A stretch of DNA of 28,468 bases, taken from positions 1-28,468 of IMG/VR virus record IMGVR_UViG_3300020362_000095; one strand, written 5' to 3'. The notes beneath the pieces are model-generated. The model ran no database searches. It worked only from the letters and a program-made list of their open reading frames with translations, and was not told the origin of the DNA. This document shows, piece by piece, positions 1-8,455 of the stretch (the stretch's first letter is position 1; the number at the start of each line of letters is the position of its first letter). Position numbers and translations under genes: made by a program. Origin of the DNA: a virus (taxonomy: Duplodnaviria; Caudoviricetes).

Positions 1-374
1 CCACCACCAGAACCTGTTGGCGGTCTTACAGTAGGAGGATTAAATTTACCTGATCCTTGACCCTTTACATTTCTTTGTTGAACACCTCTTACAACAGAAC
101 GTGCTTTATCAGCTACTTTTTTAACACTTCTTTTGACTCCGGGAACTTTGGAAATAAGCCTTGCAGCCTTCTTTCTTATAAAACCAGCAGGTGTCATTCC
201 CACAACTTTACTTATATCTTCTGCAAAATTTCTTTTTGGTATTTTTTTACCGGTAGGTTTTACCAATCCACTAATTTTCTCTTTCGCTTGTGATAAAAAG
301 TCACTACCTGTTTTCACAGATTTTCCATCTTTCATTTTTTTTACTTTCATTTCTTTACGTAAAGTTTTGTTCAT
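1..374 (-). CDS. Lys-rich hypothetical virion-associated protein (partial, runs off the window edge; absent from ORF track)
   Basis: ATG at 374-372 preceded by GGAGG; open frame MNKTLRKEMKVKKMKDGKSVK...FNPPTVRPPTGSGG to position 1; co-oriented with the late operon. Confidence 0.75.
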   Translation of the reverse strand, partial: MNKTLRKEMKVKKMKDGKSVKTGSDFLSQAKEKISGLVKPTGKKIPKRNFAEDISKVVGMTPAGFIRKKAARLISKVPGVKRSVKKVADKARSVVRGVQQRNVKGQGSGKFNPPTVRPPTGSGG

Positions 375-378
375 TTTA

Positions 379-1062
379 TTAACCTCCATAAAAAGTGTTG
401 TAAGGAACAAACCTAGCAGAAGAACTATCTGAGTCCTCTCCTGCCGCTAGTTCAAATTGAAATTCATATTCTTGTTTTAATGGTGCTACTCTATTAGCCA
501 CTTCTGGTCTTTTCATTGCAATATAATACGCAAGACCTGATACTAAACATGGCACAAATCTTGGAGGAATAAATGTTGTTGTTGCACCTTCTATTCCTGA
601 TGCCATGCCTGCTATACCAACTATCCTAAAAAAAGATAACGTATATGTATCAGCACTATCTGGCACTGGCCACAAGGTTACTGTTACAGAGTTAGCTAAT
701 CTTTGTACAAATATTTGAGTAGGTTTTCCTTGTGTATTCTTAGATGATTGTTGAGCATATGTTGAAACACTAACTCTTGTTAAGTTTGTATCTACCTGAC
801 TTGTGCCAGTTCCTGTTCTTATTTGATGTTCTAATAAATCAACAGTATCTGTTGGCATAGTATAGGTTGCTGTTCCTGATGATAGTGATAAAGTTCCCGC
901 TGTAATTGTCCACAAATTCAGACCTCTGTTTTGCCATTCCATAGTTAATAAATTAAAACTACGTCTAGCATTTCTTAAGTCATTGCCTGTCCTTAACTCT
1001 AGCCCTGCTCTTGAGTATGCTTCCTCAAATAAATCAGGTATGTCTGGTACTACTACTGGCAT
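379..1062 (-). CDS. Head-tail adaptor / tail tubular protein A-like structural protein
   Basis: 227 aa; motifs EEAYSRAG...ARRSFNLLTMEWQNRGLNLW, LWPVPD, GLAYYIA typical of podovirus adaptors; downstream of capsid genes; GGAG RBS. Confidence 0.6.
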   Translation of the reverse strand: MPVVVPDIPDLFEEAYSRAGLELRTGNDLRNARRSFNLLTMEWQNRGLNLWTITAGTLSLSSGTATYTMPTDTVDLLEHQIRTGTGTSQVDTNLTRVSVSTYAQQSSKNTQGKPTQIFVQRLANSVTVTLWPVPDSADTYTLSFFRIVGIAGMASGIEGATTTFIPPRFVPCLVSGLAYYIAMKRPEVANRVAPLKQEYEFQFELAAGEDSDSSSARFVPYNTFYGG

Positions 1063-1082
1063 ATTTTAATTTCTCCATAACA

Positions 1083-1343
1083 TCACGAGAACTTTCTAAA
1101 TCTCGCCGTTTTTTTTGCAATCTTTTTGGGCTGTTTAGCCACTTGTTTTCCTTTTCTATTTGCTTTGCGCTTTTTAGCCGTAGTGGCGGCGTATTCAGCG
1201 GGCGAAAGAGCCTTAATTGCCGCGGAAGGTAAATAACGCTCGCCTGTAGCTTTTGGCCCCTGTGTACTAGGTTTACCACTTTTGGTTCGCCACTTCTGCT
1301 TACCCCACGCTTTTAAGCTCCTTTGTGTCTTTTTTAATGCCAT
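1083..1343 (-). CDS. Small basic protein resembling the C-terminal half of DUF5872 proteins
   Basis: SLKAWGKQKWRTKSG...ERYLP...KKRKANRKGKQVAKQP motif recognised from memory. Confidence 0.55.
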   Translation of the reverse strand: MALKKTQRSLKAWGKQKWRTKSGKPSTQGPKATGERYLPSAAIKALSPAEYAATTAKKRKANRKGKQVAKQPKKIAKKTARFRKFS

Positions 1344-1378
1344 TACTAACTATACCAATAAATATCTTTTTACACTAG

Positions 1379-1663
1379 TCATCTTTTCCTTTGCCTGCGT
1401 AACGCTTCTTTTGCTCTTTTTGCAATCGCCGCTTGTTCTGTTTTACCAGAAACTTTAGCCCTTTGCTCCATAACAGTAAGGATTTGAATTTTTCTAGCAA
1501 AAGGCTTATTAACATTCTTAACTTTTCTAGCTGTTGCACGAGCATCAGCAACAGTTGCATACTTAATCCTAACAGTATCTTTTGGATTTTCGTCAGTGTA
1601 GAGTCTTCTTCCAGAACCTTTAGGCTTTTTGCCTGTGCCAACCTTTGGATCTTTTTTTGCCAT
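1379..1663 (-). CDS. Small basic conserved phage protein (LYTDENPKDT motif)
   Basis: 94 aa, K/R-rich, directly abuts the upstream gene stop. Confidence 0.65.
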   Translation of the reverse strand: MAKKDPKVGTGKKPKGSGRRLYTDENPKDTVRIKYATVADARATARKVKNVNKPFARKIQILTVMEQRAKVSGKTEQAAIAKRAKEALRRQRKR

Positions 1664-1984
1664 TTATTTACCATTTCTATTCATTATAGCTGATGCCCCC
1701 ATGTAAGCAGCAACAATACCACCACCAGTGATGTAAAAAAGATTACTAATATCGGAAAGTGCTTTAACTCTCTCGAGATCGACCAAGAACATTGCAACAG
1801 TAAAAGAAGCCATTGCAACCAAACTAGCTGTCGCCATACGTCTTTGCGCCCTCTGCTTTCGTAAGTCATGTTCTAGCTTTTTAATTTCAGCCATATGTTC
1901 AAACTCTTCATCACTCACCACTCCATCGTTATCGATATCATATTGTGCATATTTTGAAGATTTTTGTAGTGTTTTTCTTTTCAT
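1664..1984 (-). CDS. Membrane protein with EF-hand-like loop and two TM helices (holin-like)
   Basis: DIDNDGVVSDEE fits the Dx[DN]xDG..E loop; two C-terminal hydrophobic segments; ATGA overlap with upstream gene. Confidence 0.55.
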   Translation of the reverse strand: MKRKTLQKSSKYAQYDIDNDGVVSDEEFEHMAEIKKLEHDLRKQRAQRRMATASLVAMASFTVAMFLVDLERVKALSDISNLFYITGGGIVAAYMGASAIMNRNGK

Positions 1985-2466
1985 CTTCTATTCTCTTTAT
2001 ACATCCACGCTAATAATATTATAAAACCTACAACAGTACAAAAGAGTATAAACCAGCCAATATACTCCCATATTTTTCTAATTAATTCCTGTCTTTCATA
2101 TATTTCTTTTTGTCTTTTCTTTCTTATCTCCGCTTCCATTTGCAAAATTTCATTCCATGAATTAGCCCCGTAGTGAAAATTTATAAATGATTTTAACTCT
2201 TGTCTTTGAGCTTCAAGTTTCTTTTTTGCAGTAAAGGCCTCTATGGCACTAGCCTCTATTTCTTTCCCTTTAAATAACTTCATTAATGGCGAGGCTTTTT
2301 TAGCAGACTTCTCCGTATTCTCAACATCTGACACAGCACCCATCCAGCGGGAGAGATCTTTCCCCATAGACTCAATTTCACGACCTGCTGCAAATCCGCG
2401 TTTGATTGCGTTGAAGGCCGTATTAGCGGCCGTTATGGCTATGCCGATTGAGGCGGGATCTAACAT
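1981..2466 (-). CDS. Conserved phage membrane protein (coiled coil plus C-terminal TM)
   Basis: 161 aa; C-terminal hydrophobic helix YIGWFILFCTVVGFIILLAWMY; translationally coupled. Confidence 0.65.
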   Translation of the reverse strand: MLDPASIGIAITAANTAFNAIKRGFAAGREIESMGKDLSRWMGAVSDVENTEKSAKKASPLMKLFKGKEIEASAIEAFTAKKKLEAQRQELKSFINFHYGANSWNEILQMEAEIRKKRQKEIYERQELIRKIWEYIGWFILFCTVVGFIILLAWMYKENRR

Positions 2467-2921
2467 TACCCTCTATACCCTCCACCTGCTGCTTTGTAGG
2501 CTTTAGCCATCATCTGAGCTTTTCTAGCGCTCCATTGACCCGGTGCGCCACCTTTGCCTCCAGCTTTTATTCTATTAAATATTCTTTTTCTTAATCCGGG
2601 TTTTGTATAGTTACCAGCTTCATTGACCCTGCTTTTAGATTTTTTCTTTTTTACCCTTCCACCTTTTTTTAATTCTAATGCATCAAGTGTTTTTGCTTGA
2701 CCTGCATGTGCTTTACTTGCTTTCTTAAGCATAGAAGATACTTTTTTCACTTTTGATTTTAATCTACCACCATTTTTCATCCCATTAGATCCGCTATTAG
2801 ATGATCCGTTACCACTGCCATCATCTATGTTTTTTGCATTTCTTAGAGTTGCCAAATCTCCTGCATCTGATCCAGATAGCATAAATCCACCTGATTTTAA
2901 TCTTATGGGTTTTTTCATCAT
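2466..2921 (-). CDS. Basic protein whose C-terminus resembles the N-terminal half of DUF5872
   Basis: NYTKPGLRKRIFNRIKAGGKGGAPGQWSARKAQMMAKAYKAAGGGY motif; repeated (L/M)KxGG motifs; AGGAG RBS. Confidence 0.6.
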   Translation of the reverse strand: MMKKPIRLKSGGFMLSGSDAGDLATLRNAKNIDDGSGNGSSNSGSNGMKNGGRLKSKVKKVSSMLKKASKAHAGQAKTLDALELKKGGRVKKKKSKSRVNEAGNYTKPGLRKRIFNRIKAGGKGGAPGQWSARKAQMMAKAYKAAGGGYRG

Positions 2922-3172
2922 GATCTCCTGTTTACTTTCTTTGCAGTCTTTGTTCTTGCATAAGATCTGTTACTTGATCTTTTTGCCACACCTAAATTTT
3001 TCTTCTTGTTATCTTTTGGATTGCCATTTTTATGTGTAACATCTTTTTTATCACCTTTTACAACTTTACCAGCTTTTAACATTTTGGCTCTAGCTGTATT
3101 TCTAGAAGCTCTTTTTTTCTTTTGATCTAACTTGCTGTGATAATTTTTGTATTCTTTTTTGTAGTTTCGCAT
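2918..3172 (-). CDS. Small basic HNH-like protein (possibly catalytically degenerate)
   Basis: DVTHKNGNPKDN...NL...SSNRS resembles the DVHHxDGNxxNN HNH signature, with Thr in place of the first His. Confidence 0.55.
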   Translation of the reverse strand: MRNYKKEYKNYHSKLDQKKKRASRNTARAKMLKAGKVVKGDKKDVTHKNGNPKDNKKKNLGVAKRSSNRSYARTKTAKKVNRRS

Positions 3173-3267
3173 TCTTCTTCTACCTTACAAACAGGGCAAA
3201 CATAATTTGATTTTTCATTTGCTCTATTTAAGTTCATATAAACTTTGCATCTAAAACATAACTTCAT
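3127..3267 (-). CDS. 46-aa C4 zinc-ribbon microprotein (below ORF-track cutoff)
   Basis: MKLCFRCKVYMNLNRANEKSNYVCPVCKVEEECETTKKNTKIITAS*; two CxxC pairs; ATGA overlap with the stop of 3264-3632. Confidence 0.55.
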   Translation of the reverse strand: MKLCFRCKVYMNLNRANEKSNYVCPVCKVEEECETTKKNTKIITAS

Positions 3268-3632
3268 ACAGCTCTAGTCTTACCTTTAATTGCACATCCA
3301 TCTATAGATCTTTTTCTTTTTACCGGTCCACCTGCAAACATTCTTGCGCTTGTCATAGGTGTCATTCTATTCGATCCACGCATTTCCATATCTCTTTTTT
3401 TAGCACTTGCTCTTCTGTCTTGAGCAAACTGACCTAAAGGACTAAGAGGCCCCATTGTTTTACCTATTGAAGCCAAAGCTCCAGATATCGGGCCTTTACC
3501 TTTCATGATGCTATATGCAGGTGAAAATGTTTCTAATAATTTTCCTATTTTTTTCTTTTGAACAGGTTTCTTTTTCATACGATTACCTTTCATTTGTTGC
3601 TTCATTGTGGCTCTGCTAATCAACACTTCCAC
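3264..3632 (-). CDS. Small basic virion-associated protein (GGxV...DGCAxKGKT type)
   Basis: C-terminal MFAGGPVKRKRSIDGCAIKGKTRAV; true start may be TTG at 3623. Confidence 0.65.
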   Translation of the reverse strand: MEVLISRATMKQQMKGNRMKKKPVQKKKIGKLLETFSPAYSIMKGKGPISGALASIGKTMGPLSPLGQFAQDRRASAKKRDMEMRGSNRMTPMTSARMFAGGPVKRKRSIDGCAIKGKTRAV

Positions 3633-3916
3633 CTTCGTCTTGATTGTCTTAAACGACTATTTGGATTTTTAGCTGCTTTTGGGAATTTTTTCATTTGACC
3701 TGCGCTTCTTGCACAATATTGTTTTCTTCTTTTTGCAGCTTTACTTCCCGGCTTAACTTTACCAGTTACAGCAGTTTTAAGTTTAGACCCGGGATTTTCT
3801 CTACGATATTTAGCCACACCTTTGGCGGTCATTCCTGCACCTGCTTTTGTAGGGCGTTTATGACCACCTTTAATAGTGTATCCTTTCATAGAGCCTCTTT
3901 TTTTTGTTTCGGCCAT
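3620..3916 (-). CDS. Small basic conserved phage protein (DUF6321-like)
   Basis: GMTAKGVAKYRRENPGSKLK...RRKQYCARS...NSRLRQSRRRWKC; family label from memory. Confidence 0.6.
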   Translation of the reverse strand: MAETKKRGSMKGYTIKGGHKRPTKAGAGMTAKGVAKYRRENPGSKLKTAVTGKVKPGSKAAKRRKQYCARSAGQMKKFPKAAKNPNSRLRQSRRRWKC

Positions 3917-4200
3917 TATGATAAGAAAATTGTTAGTTTATTTCCAGAACCAGTAAATCCATGAATATAAGCACCATTCTCTGCTAAGATTCCTTGATCT
4001 GGTATGTTTAATGTATGTAAGCCTGTAGGAAAACTCTGAACCAATAAATTAGCGCCACCATTACCATCTTTGATGGTCAGGACTCCTGCTGCATTTCCAA
4101 ATATTACAACTTGTCTTATTCTTGTTCTATCCGGACCTACTACAGCCGCACTATCACCTTGGTTAAAGTTAAAGGCTTTGACATCTGAACGACCTGCCAT
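3916..4200 (-). CDS. Small beta-rich virion protein
   Basis: 94 aa, strong AGGAGG RBS, in the structural cluster. Confidence 0.65.
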   Translation of the reverse strand: MAGRSDVKAFNFNQGDSAAVVGPDRTRIRQVVIFGNAAGVLTIKDGNGGANLLVQSFPTGLHTLNIPDQGILAENGAYIHGFTGSGNKLTIFLS

Positions 4201-4212
4201 TAAAACCTCCTA

Positions 4213-4695
4213 TTAAGCTGTTGGTGAGTCTGAGGATATTCCAAAAAACTTTAATGCTATAACACCACCAGCACCTGCTGTTCCTGAAATTACAAGCTCT
4301 ACTTCATCTGCTGTTTCTGTAGCCGCTGTAGTTGCTCCGCCTGACATTCCTAAAACACCGTTACATGGGAAAAATCCCTTAAACCCTGTAGAATTTATAG
4401 CAACAGATATGCCGTCTACAAACCCATCAGTATCATCATCTGTGCCAATATCAACAAGATTGACATTATTTGCTGCTGCTGAAGTTACTGTTATAGCCAC
4501 ACCCATTGGAATAAAATTAGAAGGTATTCCAATAGAAGATTCTTTGTGAGAAGTTCCTGAAGAAGCAACAGTAATGCTTGTGGAATATGTGGACATGGTC
4601 ATTTCGTTTGTAAGACCACCTGTTGTAGAATTTTTAATTATTGTTTTAAATCCGTTTTCAGAACGAATAGGACCTGAAAAAGTTGAATTAGCCAT
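4213..4695 (-). CDS. Putative capsid decoration / minor virion protein
   Basis: 160 aa, G/S/T-rich, N-terminal MANSTFSGPIRS; AAGGAG RBS; directly after the MCP. Confidence 0.6.
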   Translation of the reverse strand: MANSTFSGPIRSENGFKTIIKNSTTGGLTNEMTMSTYSTSITVASSGTSHKESSIGIPSNFIPMGVAITVTSAAANNVNLVDIGTDDDTDGFVDGISVAINSTGFKGFFPCNGVLGMSGGATTAATETADEVELVISGTAGAGGVIALKFFGISSDSPTA

Positions 4696-4760
4696 TTTTA
4701 TCTCCTTGTCTTGGCAAATGTCGAAGTTAATTCTTCGTCAAGGTAATTATAGTATATATG

Positions 4761-4785
4761 AAAAAGGGCGGTTTGTAACCGCCCT
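4761..4785 (-). terminator. Rho-independent terminator after the major capsid gene
   Basis: AGGGCGGTT-tgt-AACCGCCCT perfect stem with an A5 run (U tail on minus) 13 nt past the MCP stop. Confidence 0.85.
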
Positions 4786-4797
4786 CAGTCAATTTAT

Positions 4798-5703
4798 TTA
4801 GGCTCCCGGTGAACCAAACATTCCGAGAGGATCTGATACACCAAATGAATATCTCTCACGGGCTTTGTATCTGACATTACCTGTGTTGAAATCTCCATCC
4901 ATTGATGTTGACATTGGTGTTCTTACAAACATCTTCATTCCATTAGGGACATCAGTTGTTAAGAAAAATGCATCAGTATCTGTTAAATAGTGATTAACAG
5001 AAAAACCCTCTGGTATTGAACCATTGGTTCTGATTGCATTTGTATCATTATCTGATGTTCCAACTCTTAGATCTGATTGCAAGATCCTTGTTGCAACAAA
5101 CATCAAAGCTGGTGGAACAATAAGTTTTCTTGGTCTTGCTGCAATTAACAATCCTCTTTCATCAACGAAAGCTGCAATGTCAATTACTGCTTGCTCAAGA
5201 GAAGTCTCGTTCAAGTCAGCGTTTGTTGTTAGTCTGTTTTTATTGCTACCTCCAGCCACTGTTGGGTGAGCTGTGTTAAACAATGTTACACCATCTCCAC
5301 TTTGAAATGTATCAAAGCCTGTGTTAAGCAATGAAGCAGCTTTTGTCTGCTTTGTGTAAGCCATTGCTCTTGCTAGTGCTTTTGTATAACGAGCTGACAA
5401 TGAATCATAAAGATTATCTTCCATTGCCTCTTCTGTTATTGAAAAGCCCATAGCCACAGTTTCGTGGTTGTATCTTGAAGTAAATGACTCTTGTGCAGTG
5501 TCATATGAAATTGCTGCACCTTCCTGCTTTACAGGAGCTGCACCAAAACCAGATAACTTCACTTCTTCTTCAAAGCTACGCTCTGAGTTTTCTACTTCAT
5601 AAATTTCAGTATGCTCGTCTTCATACTTTTCATATTCCAAGCCAAACAGTGCGTTTAAACCCGGTAACAACTCTTTAAGGAGTTGCGCTCTTGATATAGC
5701 CAT
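4798..5703 (-). CDS. Major capsid protein (HK97 fold, Mu gpT-like family)
   Basis: 301 aa; MAISRAQLLKELLPGL, GDGVTLFNTAHP, PRKLIVPPAL, YKARERYSFGVSDP motifs; AAGGAG RBS; followed by a terminator. Confidence 0.9.
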   Translation of the reverse strand: MAISRAQLLKELLPGLNALFGLEYEKYEDEHTEIYEVENSERSFEEEVKLSGFGAAPVKQEGAAISYDTAQESFTSRYNHETVAMGFSITEEAMEDNLYDSLSARYTKALARAMAYTKQTKAASLLNTGFDTFQSGDGVTLFNTAHPTVAGGSNKNRLTTNADLNETSLEQAVIDIAAFVDERGLLIAARPRKLIVPPALMFVATRILQSDLRVGTSDNDTNAIRTNGSIPEGFSVNHYLTDTDAFFLTTDVPNGMKMFVRTPMSTSMDGDFNTGNVRYKARERYSFGVSDPLGMFGSPGA

Positions 5704-5718
5704 ATTTCAATCTCCTTA

Positions 5719-6321
5719 TTAAGCTGCTGATGGTGCGTTACCAGACACGACACCAATACCAAGTTGATGACCTGTATTGAACTTACATAGCATAATTGGA
5801 AAAGCGGTTCCTTTTTCATCACCATCAAAACCGCCTTTGAAATCTACAATTCTGATTGGTAAAGAAGCTGTATTAGCCGCTGTACTAATATCTAGTGAAA
5901 CTCTAGAAATGCCTAAAGCTGCACTTGATGTTCCTTGTACTAATGCTGCGTTTGCCGCAATATCATCATCATTAACAGTGCCGTCTGCCTGAATTTCAAA
6001 CAATACGTTTGGATCATCACATACATAAGCCATGCCTTCTGTGTGTGCTGCGCCTGACCACTGTTGACTAAAAGTTAATTGTTTAGTGCTGACATCAATA
6101 AATCTGCACCCTAAAAAAATACCTATTGGAGTAGCGGAAGATGTTCCTGCATCTTTTTCAATAGTTGTTGTAGAACCAGCATCTACTAGCTTTACAACAT
6201 CACCGAAACATATTCTTGTTGAATATGATGAAAGTACAGGATACTGACGAAACGAACCATTGTATGTTCCGCCTAAGTTACCTACCGGTCTTAATCCAAA
6301 AGGAGCTGCTGTTGCTGACAT
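5719..6321 (-). CDS. Capsid stabilisation/decoration protein
   Basis: 200 aa, APFGLRPV start, GDVV, DDPNVLFEIQ motifs; immediately upstream of the MCP. Confidence 0.6.
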   Translation of the reverse strand: MSATAAPFGLRPVGNLGGTYNGSFRQYPVLSSYSTRICFGDVVKLVDAGSTTTIEKDAGTSSATPIGIFLGCRFIDVSTKQLTFSQQWSGAAHTEGMAYVCDDPNVLFEIQADGTVNDDDIAANAALVQGTSSAALGISRVSLDISTAANTASLPIRIVDFKGGFDGDEKGTAFPIMLCKFNTGHQLGIGVVSGNAPSAA

Positions 6322-6348
6322 AATTGTCTCCTTAAAATTAAAATTACG

Positions 6349-6783
6349 TTACGAAGTGCGTGTGCTTTTCTCCGGTCTGAGAACTGGCATACGGGGATCG
6401 GATTCCTTTAGAAAACTATTGTCCACAGCCTGCATTTGTGATTTTGCCTGATCGTGTTGATAGTCTCTTCTGGCCTCCATGTTTTCTTTGGAGTTCTTGC
6501 AAAGTAACAATCCTCCAACCTCTACATTACCTTTGAATTTAGAATCAACGTCAGAGATAATCTTTAACTCAGGATGATCTTCTAACTTTACTGGCTCCCA
6601 ACCTTCACGAAATTTAGATGAAACATTAGTCATGTCCGCCTGACCCAGTGATGCAGTTCGTATCCAACGATACTCAACTCCTTCTTGTGGTGCTGGATCT
6701 GGTAAAGCAGATGGTCTTTTCCATGTTACTTTACGTTCTGTATTTTCTCTTGTTTCAAGAGTGCGTGAATCTCGATTAACCAT
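6349..6783 (-). CDS. Conserved head-module hypothetical protein
   Basis: 144 aa; YRWIR, REGWEPV, VGGLLLCK; between scaffold and decoration genes. Confidence 0.7.
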   Translation of the reverse strand: MVNRDSRTLETRENTERKVTWKRPSALPDPAPQEGVEYRWIRTASLGQADMTNVSSKFREGWEPVKLEDHPELKIISDVDSKFKGNVEVGGLLLCKNSKENMEARRDYQHDQAKSQMQAVDNSFLKESDPRMPVLRPEKSTRTS

Positions 6784-7786
6784 TATATGATTCCTTCAAT
6801 AATTGTTGCGCATATTGTTCAGGGGTAAGCCCAAGTCGCTTTGCGAGAGCAATCTGGGTAGAGGTCAATTGCACTTTGCGTGGTTTTTTTGCACTTCGGT
6901 TTACCGGGGCAACCACGTTACCAGCAGGGCGCTGAGGTGCTTCTACCTCTTCTGTCTCAGCACTTTGCTTGTCTTCATTATCTTTATTAAAGTAATCTGG
7001 AAATGCTTTTCTCAAATTACTATCTACTCTTTGATAATACTCTTCTGGATCTAGCAAAGGATTTATTCCTGCCTTTACTAACTTAGCATGCACTCCATGT
7101 GCATATCCAGTCATCTCTTCATAGCCATCCTTGTTGAACCAATCGCTATTTTTGTCCAACCACTCTTTATCTTTTCCTGTAGGCTCTTTAACTTTTTTTT
7201 GTGCAGAGGCCTGCTGAGGAGGAGTGGCAGGCTCATCTGCTCTTACCTGTGGCTTATAATTATCTACTCTAAACTTCTCATTTTGAACTTGGCCTAACTT
7301 TTCCTGTGCATCTACTATTTTATCAGGATCACCAGATTCATATGCTTCTTTGTATTCTTGTCTTGCCTTGGCTAACTGAGCATCAATTCTTCCTTTAGCC
7401 TGCTCTACAAGAACGGACTCTCCATCGTCTAGAGTTTTTCTTAACTTTTTGTTTTCTTCAACTAATCTTTGAGCATGAGCTACGGCTTCATCGCTTGTTC
7501 TTTTGGCTTCTTCTTTCTGCCTTCTCTCTTCATGATACTCGTATTTTAGTTGCTTAATTCTTTTTTGAACATCGCCTTTATAACTGTTGATTTCATCATC
7601 ATCAGGTATATCCGGTTGTGTTCCTTCAGTTCTTTTTGGTCTATTTCTATCTTCTAGAGGTGTGTCATCTACAACCTCAACTTCTACTTCTTCTTTATTT
7701 AAACTTATAGGCTGTTCTTTAGTTTGCTCTATAGTTTCATCTACTTGAATTTCTGATTCAATTTTTTCAGCTGTATTATCACTCAT
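6776..7786 (-). CDS. Capsid scaffolding protein
   Basis: Acidic N-terminus, long coiled coil, C-terminal LTxxQxxLAKRLGLTPEQYA helix; lies between portal and MCP. Confidence 0.75.
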   Translation of the reverse strand: MSDNTAEKIESEIQVDETIEQTKEQPISLNKEEVEVEVVDDTPLEDRNRPKRTEGTQPDIPDDDEINSYKGDVQKRIKQLKYEYHEERRQKEEAKRTSDEAVAHAQRLVEENKKLRKTLDDGESVLVEQAKGRIDAQLAKARQEYKEAYESGDPDKIVDAQEKLGQVQNEKFRVDNYKPQVRADEPATPPQQASAQKKVKEPTGKDKEWLDKNSDWFNKDGYEEMTGYAHGVHAKLVKAGINPLLDPEEYYQRVDSNLRKAFPDYFNKDNEDKQSAETEEVEAPQRPAGNVVAPVNRSAKKPRKVQLTSTQIALAKRLGLTPEQYAQQLLKESYNG

Positions 7787-8154
7787 AGTCTTGTAAATCC
7801 TCTAGGGTCATCGACAACTGCTTCCACAGTGTCATCATTAATTAAACGAAATTCTTCACTTTCAACTTTGAACCTTGTTCCAGAGTAAGATCTAAATATT
7901 ACAAAATCACCCTTTTTGCAATAAGGCCCGTTAGGAAACTTTTGATCATCTTTATATGCGTCTTCTCCCATCTCAATGACAAGACCAACGATTGATGCAG
8001 TTTGTTCTAATTTAGTCGTATTGTCTGGCATGTATACGCCTGACTTCGTTTTTTCTTCAACCTTTGGGATAGCTATTAACAGCTTATAACCTTTCGGCTC
8101 AGGAAGTTTTAATTTTAAATCTTCCTCATAATTTACTTTTTGTGCAGAGTACAT
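7783..8154 (-). CDS. groES: GroES/Cpn10 co-chaperonin
   Basis: PKGYKLLI...EEKTKSGVYMP (mobile loop)...KGDFVIF..YSGT...RLINDDTVEAVV. Confidence 0.9.
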   Translation of the reverse strand: MYSAQKVNYEEDLKLKLPEPKGYKLLIAIPKVEEKTKSGVYMPDNTTKLEQTASIVGLVIEMGEDAYKDDQKFPNGPYCKKGDFVIFRSYSGTRFKVESEEFRLINDDTVEAVVDDPRGFTRL

Positions 8155-8260
8155 CCCTGTTCCTTTTTGCAGTGATTGAGGTTCACAGTTACCTTTGCAG
8201 GCTTAAGCACCTGATTGTCGTTATTATAAATATACACAAGTCTTGACACTTTTGGAAGAC

Positions 8261-8455
8261 CTAATCTTCAATAAATCTTTTTTCTGTTTCTTGTAAAAAT
8301 TCTCTAGCTATGGATAAGCCTTCTATTTTTCCCACAAGTCTTTGATATTCTTCAAAATTTTTTGGCCTGCCAGAGGAAAGATGATCTGTCGTTGCATCCA
8401 TTTCTTCTTGAATTTTTTTTATAACAGGTGTGTAAACTGTCTCATTTCTGCTCAT
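8261..8455 (-). CDS. Small conserved protein after the portal
   Basis: 64 aa; FEEYQRLVGKIEGL helix; overlaps the portal stop. Confidence 0.7.
   Translation of the reverse strand: MSRNETVYTPVIKKIQEEMDATTDHLSSGRPKNFEEYQRLVGKIEGLSIAREFLQETEKRFIED

Noticed and set aside
6334-6358. Possible extra palindrome copy (AAAATTACGTTACGAAGT)
   Set aside because: Too degenerate relative to the consensus
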